DNA of 63,185 nt, the filler included, from Choristocarpus tenellus KU-1152 (lineage: Eukaryota > Protista > Phaeophyceae): NCBI GenBank assembly GCA_964200185.2. It is 14 parts of 14 records of this genome, joined end to end, with 100 filler letters (N's around TTAATTAATTAA, not from the genome) between each part and the next. Parts side by side here need not be neighbours in the genome. Positions count along the whole stretch, not along the records: positions 47,780 to 50,807 come from CAXNAD020022838.1; positions 50,908 to 55,961 come from CAXNAD020012023.1; positions 56,062 to 60,233 come from CAXNAD020015857.1; positions 60,334 to 63,185 come from CAXNAD020024191.1; 10 more parts are not named here. One strand, given 5' to 3'. The notes beneath the pieces are model-generated. The model did not search any database, had not been told where the DNA came from, and was given only the letters and a program-made list of their open reading frames with translations. The translations under genes and the position numbers were made by a program. Below, piece by piece: positions 48,781 to 62,043 of the stretch. The number at the start of each line of letters is the position of its first letter. The first letter of the stretch is position 1.

Positions 48781-51532
48781 CATCTCATCATCATCATCAT
48801 ACCACCTACATTCGGACCAGGAATCGAAATGAGACGTAGCGGCCCTACAGAGCACAATAAGGACTGGTACTCGGCCGTAAGAAACCAGCACTAGGACAAC
48901 CACAGTGGACTATCTGAGGTATCTTGAGCCTGATCAATGGGGTCATCGATAGAAAAAATGATGCTAGTATTTGGCAGGCAAACCACCAGCAGAATGACCT
49001 TAGGAGATGGTGCCTCTGTCGAATAACCTAGTGTTATCCTTACGTTGTTTGTGCTGACACAAGTATACAACATAGGTTATACGTACGTTTATATTTGGTT
49101 AGGTATATATGATACAGAGTACGTACGTATATAAAATATAATAAGTCAACATTAATCCACACATCAGTGATGATGGATGGTTGACAGGCAATTAATAATT
49201 CAGTGTGTATTTTACCACATAGTTCAACAGCTAGCTTCCGGCGACGAGCCTCATGTGCGTCAAGCTTCTCAACAGCCTCCTATGCAACTTCCTCCACCAC
49301 CTGCAGCTACATCAGCACCCAGTCAAGGAGGACGTCAAAAGGGAGGGGGTGGCAACAGGAATCAAGAACAAACATTCTCAACATTCAAGGTAACAGCCAG
49401 CAAAGAGGACGAACGAGTTTTGCTTAGGTTGTTGCAAGGCAATGAGATCGAACTCCTCTATGCGACTTTGTGGAGCAAACGCACATCTCACGCCAAACAG
49501 AGAGGATCTGGCAAATACACGAGCAACGAAGTGAACCTTCACATTCGGCAACAATGGTAATTTTAAGGCTAAGGAGATAGGGGACATGGCACTATCAACA
49601 ACGAGTAAGAACAGGAGGTCAAGGGTGATACTTCTGGATGTGCTTTGGATACCTGATATGCCATGCCGAATATTGAGTACAGGGACCCTGCGACAAGAAG
49701 GTGAAGAATTTATGGAAGAACAAGCTATCTTAATGACTTCATGGAATGGTCTGCAGAAAAACTAGAGAAATCGGAGGAATTTCTACACCTCAAGGGAACG
49801 GTGGAAAGAAAAGAGAGTAAGGCGACTCTATCATTTGCCAGGAAGAGTCAGAAGTTAACACTTCGTGACTAGCACAACATATTGGGGTAGCAGCCGTGAG
49901 AGAGTGATCCACACGGACAACAGCCGTTATTCCTATCGAGTTGATCCCTGCACAAGATAGAGATAATCGAGGCAATGCAGCCGGAGCTGCAGCTGTGACC
50001 AAGTTTTATGGACCTGGAACAGTCGTCACCACACTTTTCTCTGAGGCAGCATGCCCATCGATTGGAGACGCCAAGATTCTTGCATGCAAAGTGAGGAGGA
50101 AAGGAATTGCTGTACCTGCCACCAAAGGGAGCAGGATATCAGCAGGAGCAGTAGCTAAGGCTCCATCAGAGGGGAAGGATCAGGTACATCTGAGGTACTT
50201 ACCGTGATGGCACACCTCCACTACTGCCCACTTGCCTGTAAGAGGGCTAGAATTAATCCTCCAACTCCTGAGGGAGAAGGAGACAAGCAATCAACCCCTG
50301 TAAAGGAAGGCGTTGCTCTTTCCAAGGTGGTTATCATAATGGAAGATCTCAATTACTCTCGCAGGGAAGGCATCCTAGCGAGGCAGGTGGTCAGCAAAGG
50401 GTTGCCTACATAAGATTGGTGGGTCCGGGGGAGTGAGTACTATGTACTCCAGACCACCCAGAACCGTCTCCTATATCTCAGAAGCGCTCGCAAGACCTGA
50501 CACACGAGAATGGTTATGGAGAAGGAGGCGAAAGGAGAATGGATAAGAGGAACATACATAAGGGTATAGAGGATCTGGCACAGGGAAGGAAACTCATCAA
50601 GACCAAGACCAAAAGCATTTTAGAGGGTAGGGCTGAGTCCGCTCGGGATCATAGATCCAATGTTTCGATTCTTATGAATTTTGGCTGTTGTGTTTGTTAG
50701 GAAGTCTCTGTTAAAACATAGGCTACTCATTTGTTTCTTGTTGATATGATATACATACTACCAGCTTGTACTGACTGTTGATTGGTGCACTGCACTGGTT
50801 GTTAGTGNNNNNNNNNNNNNNNNNNNNNNNNNNNNNNNNNNNNNNNNNNNNTTAATTAATTAANNNNNNNNNNNNNNNNNNNNNNNNNNNNNNNNNNNNN
50901 NNNNNNNGGGGGGGTGGTGGGATGGAGAGTAGGCGGAATGGTGGGATGGCAAGGGGGGTGGAGGACGATTGTGAGCGGATGGATTCCAGCACTGCTTCGC
51001 TTCCCACACTCCCCTCCATGGCGGCGTAGTAGTGTTCGGGACTGACAGGGGTACGACAGGTGGGGCACGGGATGGGAGTAGGGGTCTGGCGCGGAGGTAT
51101 AGAGCCGAGGCACAGCCTAGGTTCAGTGAGTGTGTGCAGGGGAAAGGGAGTGCTGGCTGTTGAATCTCGGAGAAATTTATTATCGTTATACTAATGTAAT
51201 GTATTTGACCATGTTATGTACTATTATTATTTTTATGATTGGATTTCTGTGTATGCTACTAATACCATTCTTCATGGTTACTTACTAATACCATATTATG
51301 TGGTTATTCGGGGACTGCCTATGCGCGCGACACCCTCTCGCGCTTCTTACAGACTCTTTTAAAATTACATGTACTACTGGACCATCTCCAACCTCTTGCT
51401 CTAACCTCGTGTGACCCAATTCCTGTGCCTAGGTATAGGCCAGGTGTTGGGTTCGGAATATTTCCATCACCGTCTTGGTTGAAGTAACTCGTTCGACAGT
51501 GATTGGCGTCATCAGCCCTCACCCTCTCCTGA

Positions 51533-52750
51533 ATGAGATACCGAAACATGAGGGTGCTTCAGCCACTCTCTATTGCCTTGCTTGCGGGACAGACGTTGGT
51601 GCTGCAGCATGTCTTGCTTCTCTCATCTGCAGATGACTCACTTTCATACTCTGTGGTTTCTGGCACTGGTGAATCCGAAGTTCTCAACAATTCCCAGAGA
51701 AAGGAAAACGCTAATCATGTAGACTCTGAAGGCTGCCGACGATTACCTTTAGACAACGCTCTGGTGAGGCCCAAGGGAAATCCGTTGATCGATCAATTTA
51801 GGCGATGGTTTTAATCTCAGTGACCATATCGGTGTGCTCCAAACCGCTCCTCTTGACATGAGACCTCCAATATTTCCGTGGCACACATCCAATATCTTCC
51901 TTGCTGCCTTGATACTCGCAGGTGTACACTCAACTGGAGGCTAAGAACAGCAACAACGCTCTACTGCGCAAGGTGACAGGGATCATCAATGAGCAGCTCG
52001 CAGGCGTTCTGCATGTGGATGTCAACCTCCGAGGCGACACGTGAGAACGGATGCAAGGGTCATAACCTCTACAGTGTACCTGTCAACTTTCCTCTTTCAT
52101 TGATATTTCCTCTTGATCTTGCTGCTACCAGGCGTACGACTCACCCTTGCCAGGATATGCCATTTTAAATCCACGCAGGGTTGCATAGAATAATCCACCA
52201 ATGTGAAGATGCTATGGCCACTCCCTCCTCTCTGATAGTTCCCCTGTTTAAACAAATCTTGACAGTCATGGAGATGTGTTACTTCCCCGATCCTCGGAGA
52301 ACAACTTGAGGCAGAGATGACCATACCACTTCCTTAAGTCCAACAGTAAAAATATGGATCACTCTTCACACACTCGGTGAATTCGATGCTAGCAGTTATG
52401 ATCGTGTCGTCTGCGAGAGCGAAGCAGAGTAATTGTGCACAACAGAGACTGCATCCAACTGGAATGACTTTCTGAACTCCCGAACCTTCCTCTTAAGCCC
52501 TTCTTCCCACCCCCCACCCTATCCTCTTCCTGCGGTCATCATGTAGTATCCACCGAAAGGTGGGAAAATTTGAAACAAAAGCCGTCATTGGGCGAGTTAC
52601 CCCTACGGAAACGGAAGTGGAGGAATGCTACATCATCCCATACGAGATACAAGACACAGACGAGTGCGTGTTGCCCCCGAACGAGCCTATGCGGCACCGG
52701 TGCCACCCTACCGCCATTTGTGCCAACACTATTGGCAGTTATGAATGCAG
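51533..52750 (+). CDS. Secreted or membrane protein with a calcium-binding EGF domain, first 3 exons
   Basis: Exons 51533-51763, 51922-52040 and 52547-52750 are phase-compatible. There is a hydrophobic N-terminus, and QDTDECVLPPNEPMRHRCHPTAICANTIGSYEC fits the cbEGF consensus D-x-D-E-C...C-x-N-x-x-G-S-Y-x-C. Confidence 0.85.
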
Positions 52751-53059
52751 GTGAGAGCATAATTTGCATCACACACTACGGATGAATCTTGAGGGTGTTT
52801 CAATGTTGAACTGATTCATTAGATTTTATTTGTGTTATGCTTCACAGGCCGGGAGGGAGAGATTAGGGGGGAAGGGGAGGAAGGGCTGGCTTGAAGGTTT
52901 TTTCTTGTGTTCAAGGACATTGTTTTCTTGTTGATCTAAAGAGAAAGGACAAGAAAAGGGTCTCTTCTGTACAGGGGAGTTGGTGGACGATAGAGAGTAT
53001 TTATGGTGCAGATATGATGATGTCACTACAAACCCCAAGCAACCTTTTGCGACTCATTC

Positions 53060-53390
53060 TTGCAACTACTGCTATGGCTACTATTATTGTTATTGCTACT
53101 GTGTGCATTGCTGTAATTATATTTGTTAATTATTTTTTTCATTATTATTACTTTTTCTATTTTATCAACATCAATATTATTAGCATTATTTTTATTATTA
53201 CTTTTCTTATTTTTATCATCATCATCATTATTATTTTTGTTATTACTTTTCTTGTTCTTATCATCATCGTCATCGTCATTATTATTTTTATTATTACTAT
53301 TCTTGTTCTTATCATCATCATCATCATCATCGTCATCATTACTACTTCTACTACTACTACTACTACCCTTTTGTTATTTTTCTGATCTTG
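53060..53390. repeat. Compound (ATT/ATC/ACT)n low-complexity tract; similar tracts at 54190-54345 and 55005-55345
   Basis: Read directly. The 55005-55345 tract has a higher-order unit of about 50 bp. Confidence 0.85.
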
Positions 53391-53615
53391 ATTTTCTTGA
53401 AATCCAGTATTTCAGGTAAACTGTTGAGTTCTTGCAGGTCATGAGCAATAAAACCAATTTACTTTTATTTGAGCACATTTTCTTATTATTACTCTTATTA
53501 TGTACCCCTAGTGTGACCGGTAATGTACTTTAATTATTTTGTGCAGTATGTGAACTACATGCATGCAACAATTGAACTTTGAAATGATTTTTTGGTCTCC
53601 ATTTCTCGAGTCCAC

Positions 53616-53707
53616 TTTGTGTAGAATGCTAATGCATATTACAGTTACATGTAACTGAAAATTTGTGTAGAATGCGAATACAAATTACAGTTACATGTAA
53701 CTGAAAG
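53616..53707. repeat. 46-bp tandem duplication, each unit carrying the perfect palindrome CAGTTACATGTAACTG
   Basis: Units start at 53616 and 53662; palindromes at 53642-53657 and 53688-53703. Confidence 0.85.
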
Positions 53708-53911
53708 TTTTCGGGATGATAATTCATACCATAGTGGGCTATTTATTGATAATGTATTATTATAGGTCAAAGTTCATATGTTGGAGATGTTTTCTATACC
53801 GTGATGGAGTAATCTGGAAACCTTGTTGATAGGTGCTTTTTTGGTGATTCTTTCTAGAAACAACGGGTGCTGCTAGACTGCTGCTACTACTGTGGCATTT
53901 TTTTAATGCAA

Positions 53912-54008
53912 GTAGACTGATACGCACGTAGACAGTGATACGCATGTAGACTGTGATACGCACGTAGACTGTGTTACGCACGTAGAAAGTGATACGCACG
54001 TAGAAAGT
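53912..54008. repeat. 18-bp minisatellite (GTAGACTGTGATACGCAC), about 5 units
   Basis: Read directly. Confidence 0.9.
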
Positions 54009-56944
54009 TTGGTGCCAGCGTGCTTTGGGAAGTAAGCCTGATATTGTAACCACAGGTAGATGACTGATGCGTGATGTCAGCTTTTAACAGTAGTGCTATG
54101 GAGAGAAGGGCCTTCACCGACTGTCCTCATGAAACATCAGGGGTTATCTATGTCGTGGAAACCGTTACCTATGTCGTGGATATGATTAGTGCCTCTACTG
54201 TATATTATTGTTGTTACTATTTTTGTTATTATTCTTGGTACCGTATATTGTTATTATTATTCCTATTTATTATTATTATTTACTATTTATTATTATTATT
54301 ATTACTATTTCCCTGTGCGTTATTTGTTAATATTACTATTGTTCTCATGGGTTGTTTCTTCTGTGAGGTCCCCAGCTGGCGATCCAAAAGGAAGTCAAGG
54401 GTAGACACCACACAACAAAAAAAAAGGAAGTGGTGTAGCTTACATGAAAAAAGAGAGAATGGGTGTTTGCCACTGATTGACTACTGCACTACCAAATACT
54501 GTAAATGTACAGAAAAAAGAACAGTTTCAACATTTTTTATTTTCTGCTAAAATTTGAAATTTTATATTTTTTTTGGATAGTTGATCAGTTTGTGCGCTCT
54601 TTCAAAATAAAATCAATGCAAATATTATAGTTTGAATGGTATATCCCACTGGAAGAGGCAATATTAATTCCAGAAAAAAACAAGAAACAAATAGCTTGAA
54701 CAGGTTTCCGTTCCTCTTCTGTTTTGGCAATTTTTGAAATTTAAAATTCTGAATATACAATTTACAGTTCATTTCAACAGTTAAGTGGAGGTAAATTTTT
54801 GTTTTTTGTATCTTGAATTGTGTACATTAAAACAAAATTGTGGTACACAGTCTAGAGGGTTTTATTTGAATTGGTATTGGTTATATTTAATGTTGTTTTA
54901 ACCCATCATGTGTACAATTTGGTATATCATGGTCCTGAATCAGTTGGGGTTGTGGCCTCAGGGTGTTGTTAATCAGTTGGTTGGTTGCTGTATGCAAAGT
55001 GTTCTTATTAGTATTATTTTTTATTGTTATAGTTATTTTTATTGCCATTACCATTATTATTATGATTATGCTAATAGCACTGTTACTATTATTTTATTAC
55101 TATTATCATTGTTATTATGGTTATGCTATTAGCACTGTTACTATTATTTTATTACTATTATCACTATAATTATGGTTATGCTATTAGCACTGTTACTATC
55201 ATTTTATTACTATTGCTATTATTATTATGGTTATACTATTAACATTGTTATTATCATTTTATTGCTATTAACATTATTATTTTGGTTATACTATTAATAC
55301 TGTTATTATCATTTTATTTCTATTAACATTATTATTACCATTAATACATATACATGTCATGATATCAAGAGTTTTTCACGTTTTTTTAAAATGTTTTCAA
55401 AAATGTTGAGAAGAAGTTAACCGTTCCTTTTTTTAAAAATCCCCACGCGAGATACTCTCTTCTTTTTTTCTGTTCCTAAATCGATTCTATACCATTTTCC
55501 TACCTAATGCCGTTGATGTTATTTCGGCAGTTTCACGAACAACTTTTAATTCTTTTTATTGACCTGAGCACGATGTATTTTGATTGACAATGAAGTGATT
55601 TACGGAAACACCTAACTATTGGTCAGTGCCTCTTACGACTGATAGTAACACTCTTTTGTTTTTATTTTGAGCTATTGTCCAATAATACGGAAGGTTAACT
55701 TTTCTACATTGTTAACTCTTTTGTTTCAAGGACGGTACCAACACAATTTCAAGGGTTAGGGTTAGTCAGACTTTTGACGTTTGATGTTCAGTCCCTCTTG
55801 GGGGGGGATCCCGTCCAATGAAGTCGTTTTTCAACAATATCCTTGCTACTCTTTAGGAAACCCGTTCGTTGAAGGGTAAGAGCATCTTGTGCTCTCACAT
55901 TTTTGTTTCTCATATAGTAGTTCACTCTCCCCCCTCCACAACCCCTCCCCCTCCCCCCCCCNNNNNNNNNNNNNNNNNNNNNNNNNNNNNNNNNNNNNNN
56001 NNNNNTTAATTAATTAANNNNNNNNNNNNNNNNNNNNNNNNNNNNNNNNNNNNNNNNNNNNTCGGATTTGAAATGTCAGCAAAAAAAAAAGTTGTTTGAC
56101 CGAAACGGACTCCCACTCACAAACCACCCACCCCCCCCAGATACTTTGACCCACCCCTGGAATCCAGTCAAGCTGCGTCACACATGTGAACAATACTTGG
56201 GTCTTTGGCAGTGGTGATTGAAAGCACTGGAATAGCACCTGCTCAGAGTCAGCGATGGTCCCTCAGGGTCTCAGTAACCAGTACATTATCTTTCTGGCAA
56301 ATCCTTTTGAAGAAACCGCAGAAGTTTTTGAAAGGCTTACAGCCAACCGATAGAGGCCACCTCTCCACCACATGGAGCAGCTGTTGCCCCCTTTTTGACA
56401 TGCCCAGCATCTTCTCCTGCTGTTGCTATTGCCTCACCTGCCCTGCCTCTGATTTTCAAGAGTGCCAATAGACAGGTTAGATGTACATCACAGGAGACTT
56501 CCTTGCAGTGAAAATGTGATATCATGAGTACAGCATGAGAAGCTCAGATGGTCGACACTATGGAGTTCATGCCTGCCAGAGTCCCCTCGGAAGAGACAAG
56601 ACTCAGGTCCAACTTGGAAGGCTTGTGCAATCAGGGAGACCATTGGTCAAGAGGATGATATTAAAGGGTCCCTGGATGATGTCGCAACGAGTAATTTCCT
56701 TGTTTCCAATTTAATGTATTATTAGCAATATCCACACATTTCTTGGTGTTGTGGTTTCTACACTAGGCTGAATAGCTGAACACAAGTAGGGCGCAATGCA
56801 TACCTCCTATGTTCCACACATGCATGTACCCACATATCTTACTGTATACTTAAAAGCAGTAACAAACAATATGATAATACGGAAGTTGGCTCTTGTATCC
56901 CCAATGACGGGATCTGCAATCGTCAGTGAATAGAAAAATGATTA

Positions 56945-58115
56945 TTATGATATTTATTTGTATGCCCTCTAACATTATGCAGATGCGTCAGGGGAAAAAA
57001 TAACGAAAACTATTCGCAGGTCAGAAAAATCTCTTTAAAAGTAACAGTTCTCATAAATGTTAAAAACATTAATCTATCTACTATTTTACTACGAGGTATG
57101 CTGTACCACTGCCTTCCTGTGCCTCCAACCTAGTGTAGTCCTGCACCCCAGGGTAAGGAGCTAGGGAAGCATCCCAAGAATCTAACAAGCCCCCCCTTTC
57201 CCATCTCCCTGGTGTCTCCATCTTAAAACACATGACACATCTAGACAGGGCCACCTGCATTGTAACCAATACTATTTGTTGTAGGCGGGATTTGACTGCC
57301 CCTTTCCTGCTCGAGCCTCCTGTCCCTCTCCCCCCTACCGTGCGTGTAGCTCATCTGGGAAATTTTCCACTTGCTTACCGAGCTGCCCAACATTTTCCAC
57401 TATGAAGGTGTTGAGGTTATAACTACGAGAGTCAAAAGAGCTCTCGCAGTGGGTGCACTTTCGCGCCTCAGATGCGGCAGCAGGCTACACCATTGCAGAT
57501 GGATGAGTGTGGCAGGTGAGATACTGCCTGCACTTCTGCAAATGTAACATCCAGGAGGAGGCCTTTGTCTCGTAGGGAGCTGATCCAACGTCCATGAGCA
57601 CACCAGTATGGAAGACCAGATCCATGTAGAAATTCCTATCGACTGTAAATGGTCTGCTGTCCTCCATAGTGCAAGGGATGTCCATTCCTTTGCAAAGTTG
57701 CCCCAGATGCTTCACCATCAGCGTGTGTTGACAAAACTGCTCTCCTGCCCTAAGGCAGGTGCGGGCATATCTAGTATGAACGTTCTGTCTCCTGCAACCA
57801 GTCATCGGGCACCTGTTCAATAGGGCCTCCTCTCTCCTAGGGATCTACTGGCGGTTAGTTTAAACTCAACAGGGGGGATCTGGCATGCCGACTGTAGGGG
57901 TCGTGTTGAGGCCCATGAATTTGCCCCTTGTCCACATTGGTTCCGGTGGTGCGCCAGGGCTACCGAGGAACTTTCCTTCCCTTGCTCCGCTTCATTAGGT
58001 AAGGCGGCCAGTTGTGTCCGAAAAGAGTCAAAGCAGATCCTGTGTAGGAGGTGGGTGATCTCGTGTTGTGCCCTCCTTGTAATCCTGGCATCTTGAGCTG
58101 CCGGAGTGTGGAACT
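56945..58115 (-). mobile_element. 5'-truncated CRE-type non-LTR retrotransposon, longer copy
   Basis: GANSWASTRP..IPPVEFKLTASRSLG..CPMTGC..TC..QH zinc knuckle, then the RLE region MEDSRPFTVDRNFYMDLVF. The 3' UTR aligns with 39960-40200. Frameshifted. Confidence 0.8.
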
Positions 58116-58527
58116 CTATTATTATATATATTAAAATGATAGTGCACTGATGAGACAAAAAATATTAAATCTAATCTGACGTGGTATATCTATCATCTTA
58201 TACCATCAGCTGGTTACTATGACGTTACAGGTTTGCTACTCAAAACAATCCCCACAACTCTACAACTGGTGTCCTATGTGTACCTTAGTACCTGTTCCCA
58301 ACACAATATGTGAACTGGTTCCCCGTCCCTAGTGTTTCACATTTACATGCTTACCTCAAACACATTCTGGATGCAAACCCATCTCCTCTCCTGCACACGC
58401 CTGGAATGACTGTGCACTACCACCCCCAGCGTTTTCTTACGCCATGCCTGCTCCAGGGTACAAAAAAGAGATCACCATCAGTCACAGAAATATACTCAAA
58501 ATAGAGTGTATTTAGAGTATAATGTAA

Positions 58528-58785
58528 GAGTCGAAGTATCTTAGAGGGTAGGGCCGCGTCCATTTGGGAGCCAAAATCCAATGTTGCCATTTTGATGTAA
58601 TTTTTGCTGTCGTACTCATTAGGAAGTATCAATATCCTTGTTCCGGACCCATCTTTTCATAACATAAACATTTTACCTACTCCGAAGTATTGTTAAGTAG
58701 GAAAGTGTCCAAACAAACCCAAGGGAAGCCAAGCCCCAAATGGACAAACAGGGCAAAACTCGTACCCTCTAAGATACTTTCACTC
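58528..58785. mobile_element. MITE family A, full copy
   Basis: Both TIRs; flanks TAA/TAA (3-bp TSD). Confidence 0.92.
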
Positions 58786-61700
58786 TAATTTTGACCAACT
58801 CACCAATTATGATAAAGGCGAACGAATATCAACTCCCCAGAACAATCTTAACCTACCTGCAGGAAAGACATTTCTGATTGAGTGCTTTATTGCAAATGCT
58901 GTTTTGTTTGAACTGCTGGTGTGTGAGAGTACATAATGGAAACTATAGAAATTTTGCTGGCATCTACTCGACTCAGCCAAGACAAAATTTGGGGTAAGGA
59001 CCTGGGATGGTGCCCTCCTTTGGCATCTGAAATTCTGTGCTAGGAAGCGGGGACAGTAACCAAACAAAAAACTCTAGATCTGCTTGAACCTAGTTTTGAG
59101 GAAGACAAGCAGTACCTGACGGCACTTGCGAGGTTTTCTTCTTTCTCTATATTTTCCTGTTTTCTGATTGAAGTTAAAAGGAGGAATGAGATTTCATTAT
59201 TTTGATTGTTGGGATGTGCTTTGTATTTTAGAGGAGGACAGTTCTGCTAGAGCACTTTTGCTGTTCTGCCATTCTATCAGGATCCCCAATCTAGTGCGAA
59301 TCCTCAACATTGCCAGCTCCAGTTTCTATGTGCACCCTGATTCTTCCTGATTAGAGTATATAGGAACTGGTGGTCAACCACGCTGGCCCCATCCGCAAAA
59401 AGGTTGACCACCGTCATTTTTATCTTCACTCAACGTTTTATTTTCATGTATCAAATTGCCGATTTAGTTGTTTGAACACCACATAGTGATCCATGACCTA
59501 CAGCATCGAATATTGAATTAATGTTCTCTTGCCCTAATGACAAAGCCAGTCACACTATCATACTCCGACCCTCCATCTATAATTCATAGAGCTTGACCAT
59601 CCTTTGCGTGGCACACCCTTTATGGTGAGTAAGGAGCGATTGACCTGAAGATAGTGGGCACTAAAAATCGCTGAGTTACGGTGAGCACAAGTAGAAGTAG
59701 AAGGCACTATTTGATAGAGTGACGAAACGGTAGCTTAACATCATACTCACCTCCAGGTTCGCCGCAATAACGTCGACTTTCCTCCACGTAGTGAATTGTG
59801 GCACACCTTCATATGACCATATGAGTCATGAACGCTACACTCAATTGAACTTGATGACTTTAGCGACCAGGCCAGCATGATTCCTCTGAGGCTTATTTTT
59901 TAAGTCACAGAGGACTCGACAGGTTGGAATTTTGAATTTAGGAACCGACCTTCCTCTCCCCTTTCCTTCCATACAGCCTAAACATGACAAGGGTTCAGTA
60001 GTAACGCATACCAATACAGTGCTACAGAGCAAGCTCCAGGTCTCCTCATGCACAATAGCGCGCACTGTGTGCTGCCATGGGGGATTGTGAAAAGGGATGT
60101 ATGGATCTCTTGTTGGGGATAACGTCTTGTTAGAATATAGAATATCTAACCCCCTCGTCAAAGAGCCAAAGTATCTTAGAGGGTAGAGCAGCGTCCATTT
60201 GGGGACCAAAATCCAATGTTGCCATTTTGATGTNNNNNNNNNNNNNNNNNNNNNNNNNNNNNNNNNNNNNNNNNNNNTTAATTAATTAANNNNNNNNNNN
60301 NNNNNNNNNNNNNNNNNNNNNNNNNNNNNNNNNCAGCAGACCCACCTGCATAATTCATAGTCATCCCCCCAACCCCACCCCCCCACCCCCCCGAAAGATC
60401 ACCCACACAAATACATGCAAAGGATAAGAAAGTATCATAAACAAACCACAAGCATGTCCGCTAACAGCAACACACTGTTGTCCTCTACAGTTTCAACACC
60501 TGTACTTGCCCTGCACTGGAGCATATACACGTACACATACAGACGTACATACACTTATCGCCGAAAAAAAATTCAAGGAGTTACAAAAAGGGAGAGAGGC
60601 GTTAGTCAACTGTCTCACAATTCGGAAAAATAGTCACCTGGTTGCTGAACAATTCATTACGCCTTACCAAAACGCTCACGTTACTACAGTGGGGTCAATC
60701 GTACAATATATATATATATATATATATACATTCCGTCCAGAGCGCAGAGGCCACAAGGTCAGGTAGGACGGACCCTGCCAGAGATGAGAGCTCGGAGTGC
60801 TAAAACCCCCTCTGCCCCAAGCGTTCCCCGCCAAAGAACAAAATGATTCAGATTCGATGCAAACGAGCTTGGAGAATTGTCCCGGGCAGTAGACACACAT
60901 CCCGCTTGCAAATGAGCTCCGAGCACTCTTTTATTTTTTCCTTACACACGCAATGCCACCCCATGGTAGAACAAACTGGTCACAACATTTACAGATAAGA
61001 TACTAACCCTAAAAGCTGAAAAAAAAAAAATCGGATAAAATAATAGACAATAATAGACAAAAAATAGAGTTTTTTTTTTTGTTGTTGTTGTTGTTCATTG
61101 TAGCTCGATTTCACCATCAGGTCGTAAGGGGACGCACATGAAACGTGCATCGCTCGCCATGTGCCACATAGCGCCACGGGGTAGAAAAAGGTCCCCTGAC
61201 TAGAATGGGGCCCCTCTGAAGGTGCAAGATTTCGTGTGCGTGTGCGTGTGTGTTTAACAACAACATGCGATAAAATCCCTTCACCACATAATCAAAAAAC
61301 AAAAAAAAGAATAGAGCACAACCCGCCCCACTAGCATCGGCACAGACATTCACACATGATGAACCACCACGTACATAACTCACGGAGCCAGGGGAACCCT
61401 AACCCTGACTATTATCTTGGTCAGTGAATACTACAAACAATTGGACATCCAGATGCTGTCCAGGACAACAAAAAACACAAGAGCAGATGAGTTGAAGAAC
61501 GATCACTCGAGACCAAATGGACCCATGTCACTGTCCCACACAAGAGACGCCACACACTAAACTCGATCGATTATCGTTTCCTGAAAGGCTAGGCTAGGTT
61601 AGGTTAGGGTAGGTTTGATGGACACACTGTTCGAGTTGTTCAGGCACCACGAGATGTGAATCGACGCCGAGTTTGCAAAAAAAATAAAAAATAAAATAAA

Positions 61701-62043
61701 ATAAAAATAAAAATGCAACAGTTAGAGGAAAAAAAAATTATGCAGTAACAATAGTATTAGTAATAATAATAATAATAATAATAAAGTACACGGCGCATGT
61801 GCACCATGGTTGATGGACGGCCGACCTCAGGTTCATTCGTGCATATAACACGCGCCATGATGACATTGCCACCATGACAGAACGGATGACAACTACAGGC
61901 GGTCATTCCCTTTCAACCCCCAAAAGACAAAAAAAAAAAAGGCGCAAGCAAACCACGACTGAGAAGAAAGAGCCCCCAAAACAAACCAGTCAACAAAACG
62001 CTTTCGCCTTCCAACATCACGTAAAACCCCTGGGTCACCTCAC

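Noticed and set aside
52891-55345. Hydrophobic Ile/Leu/Tyr-rich ORFs resembling membrane proteins
   Set aside because: They are translations of ATT/ATC/ACT microsatellites.
59369-59412. 11-bp stem hairpin GGTGGTCAACC...GGTTGACCACC
   Set aside because: Short and isolated, with no U-tract or recognisable RNA family; could be chance.
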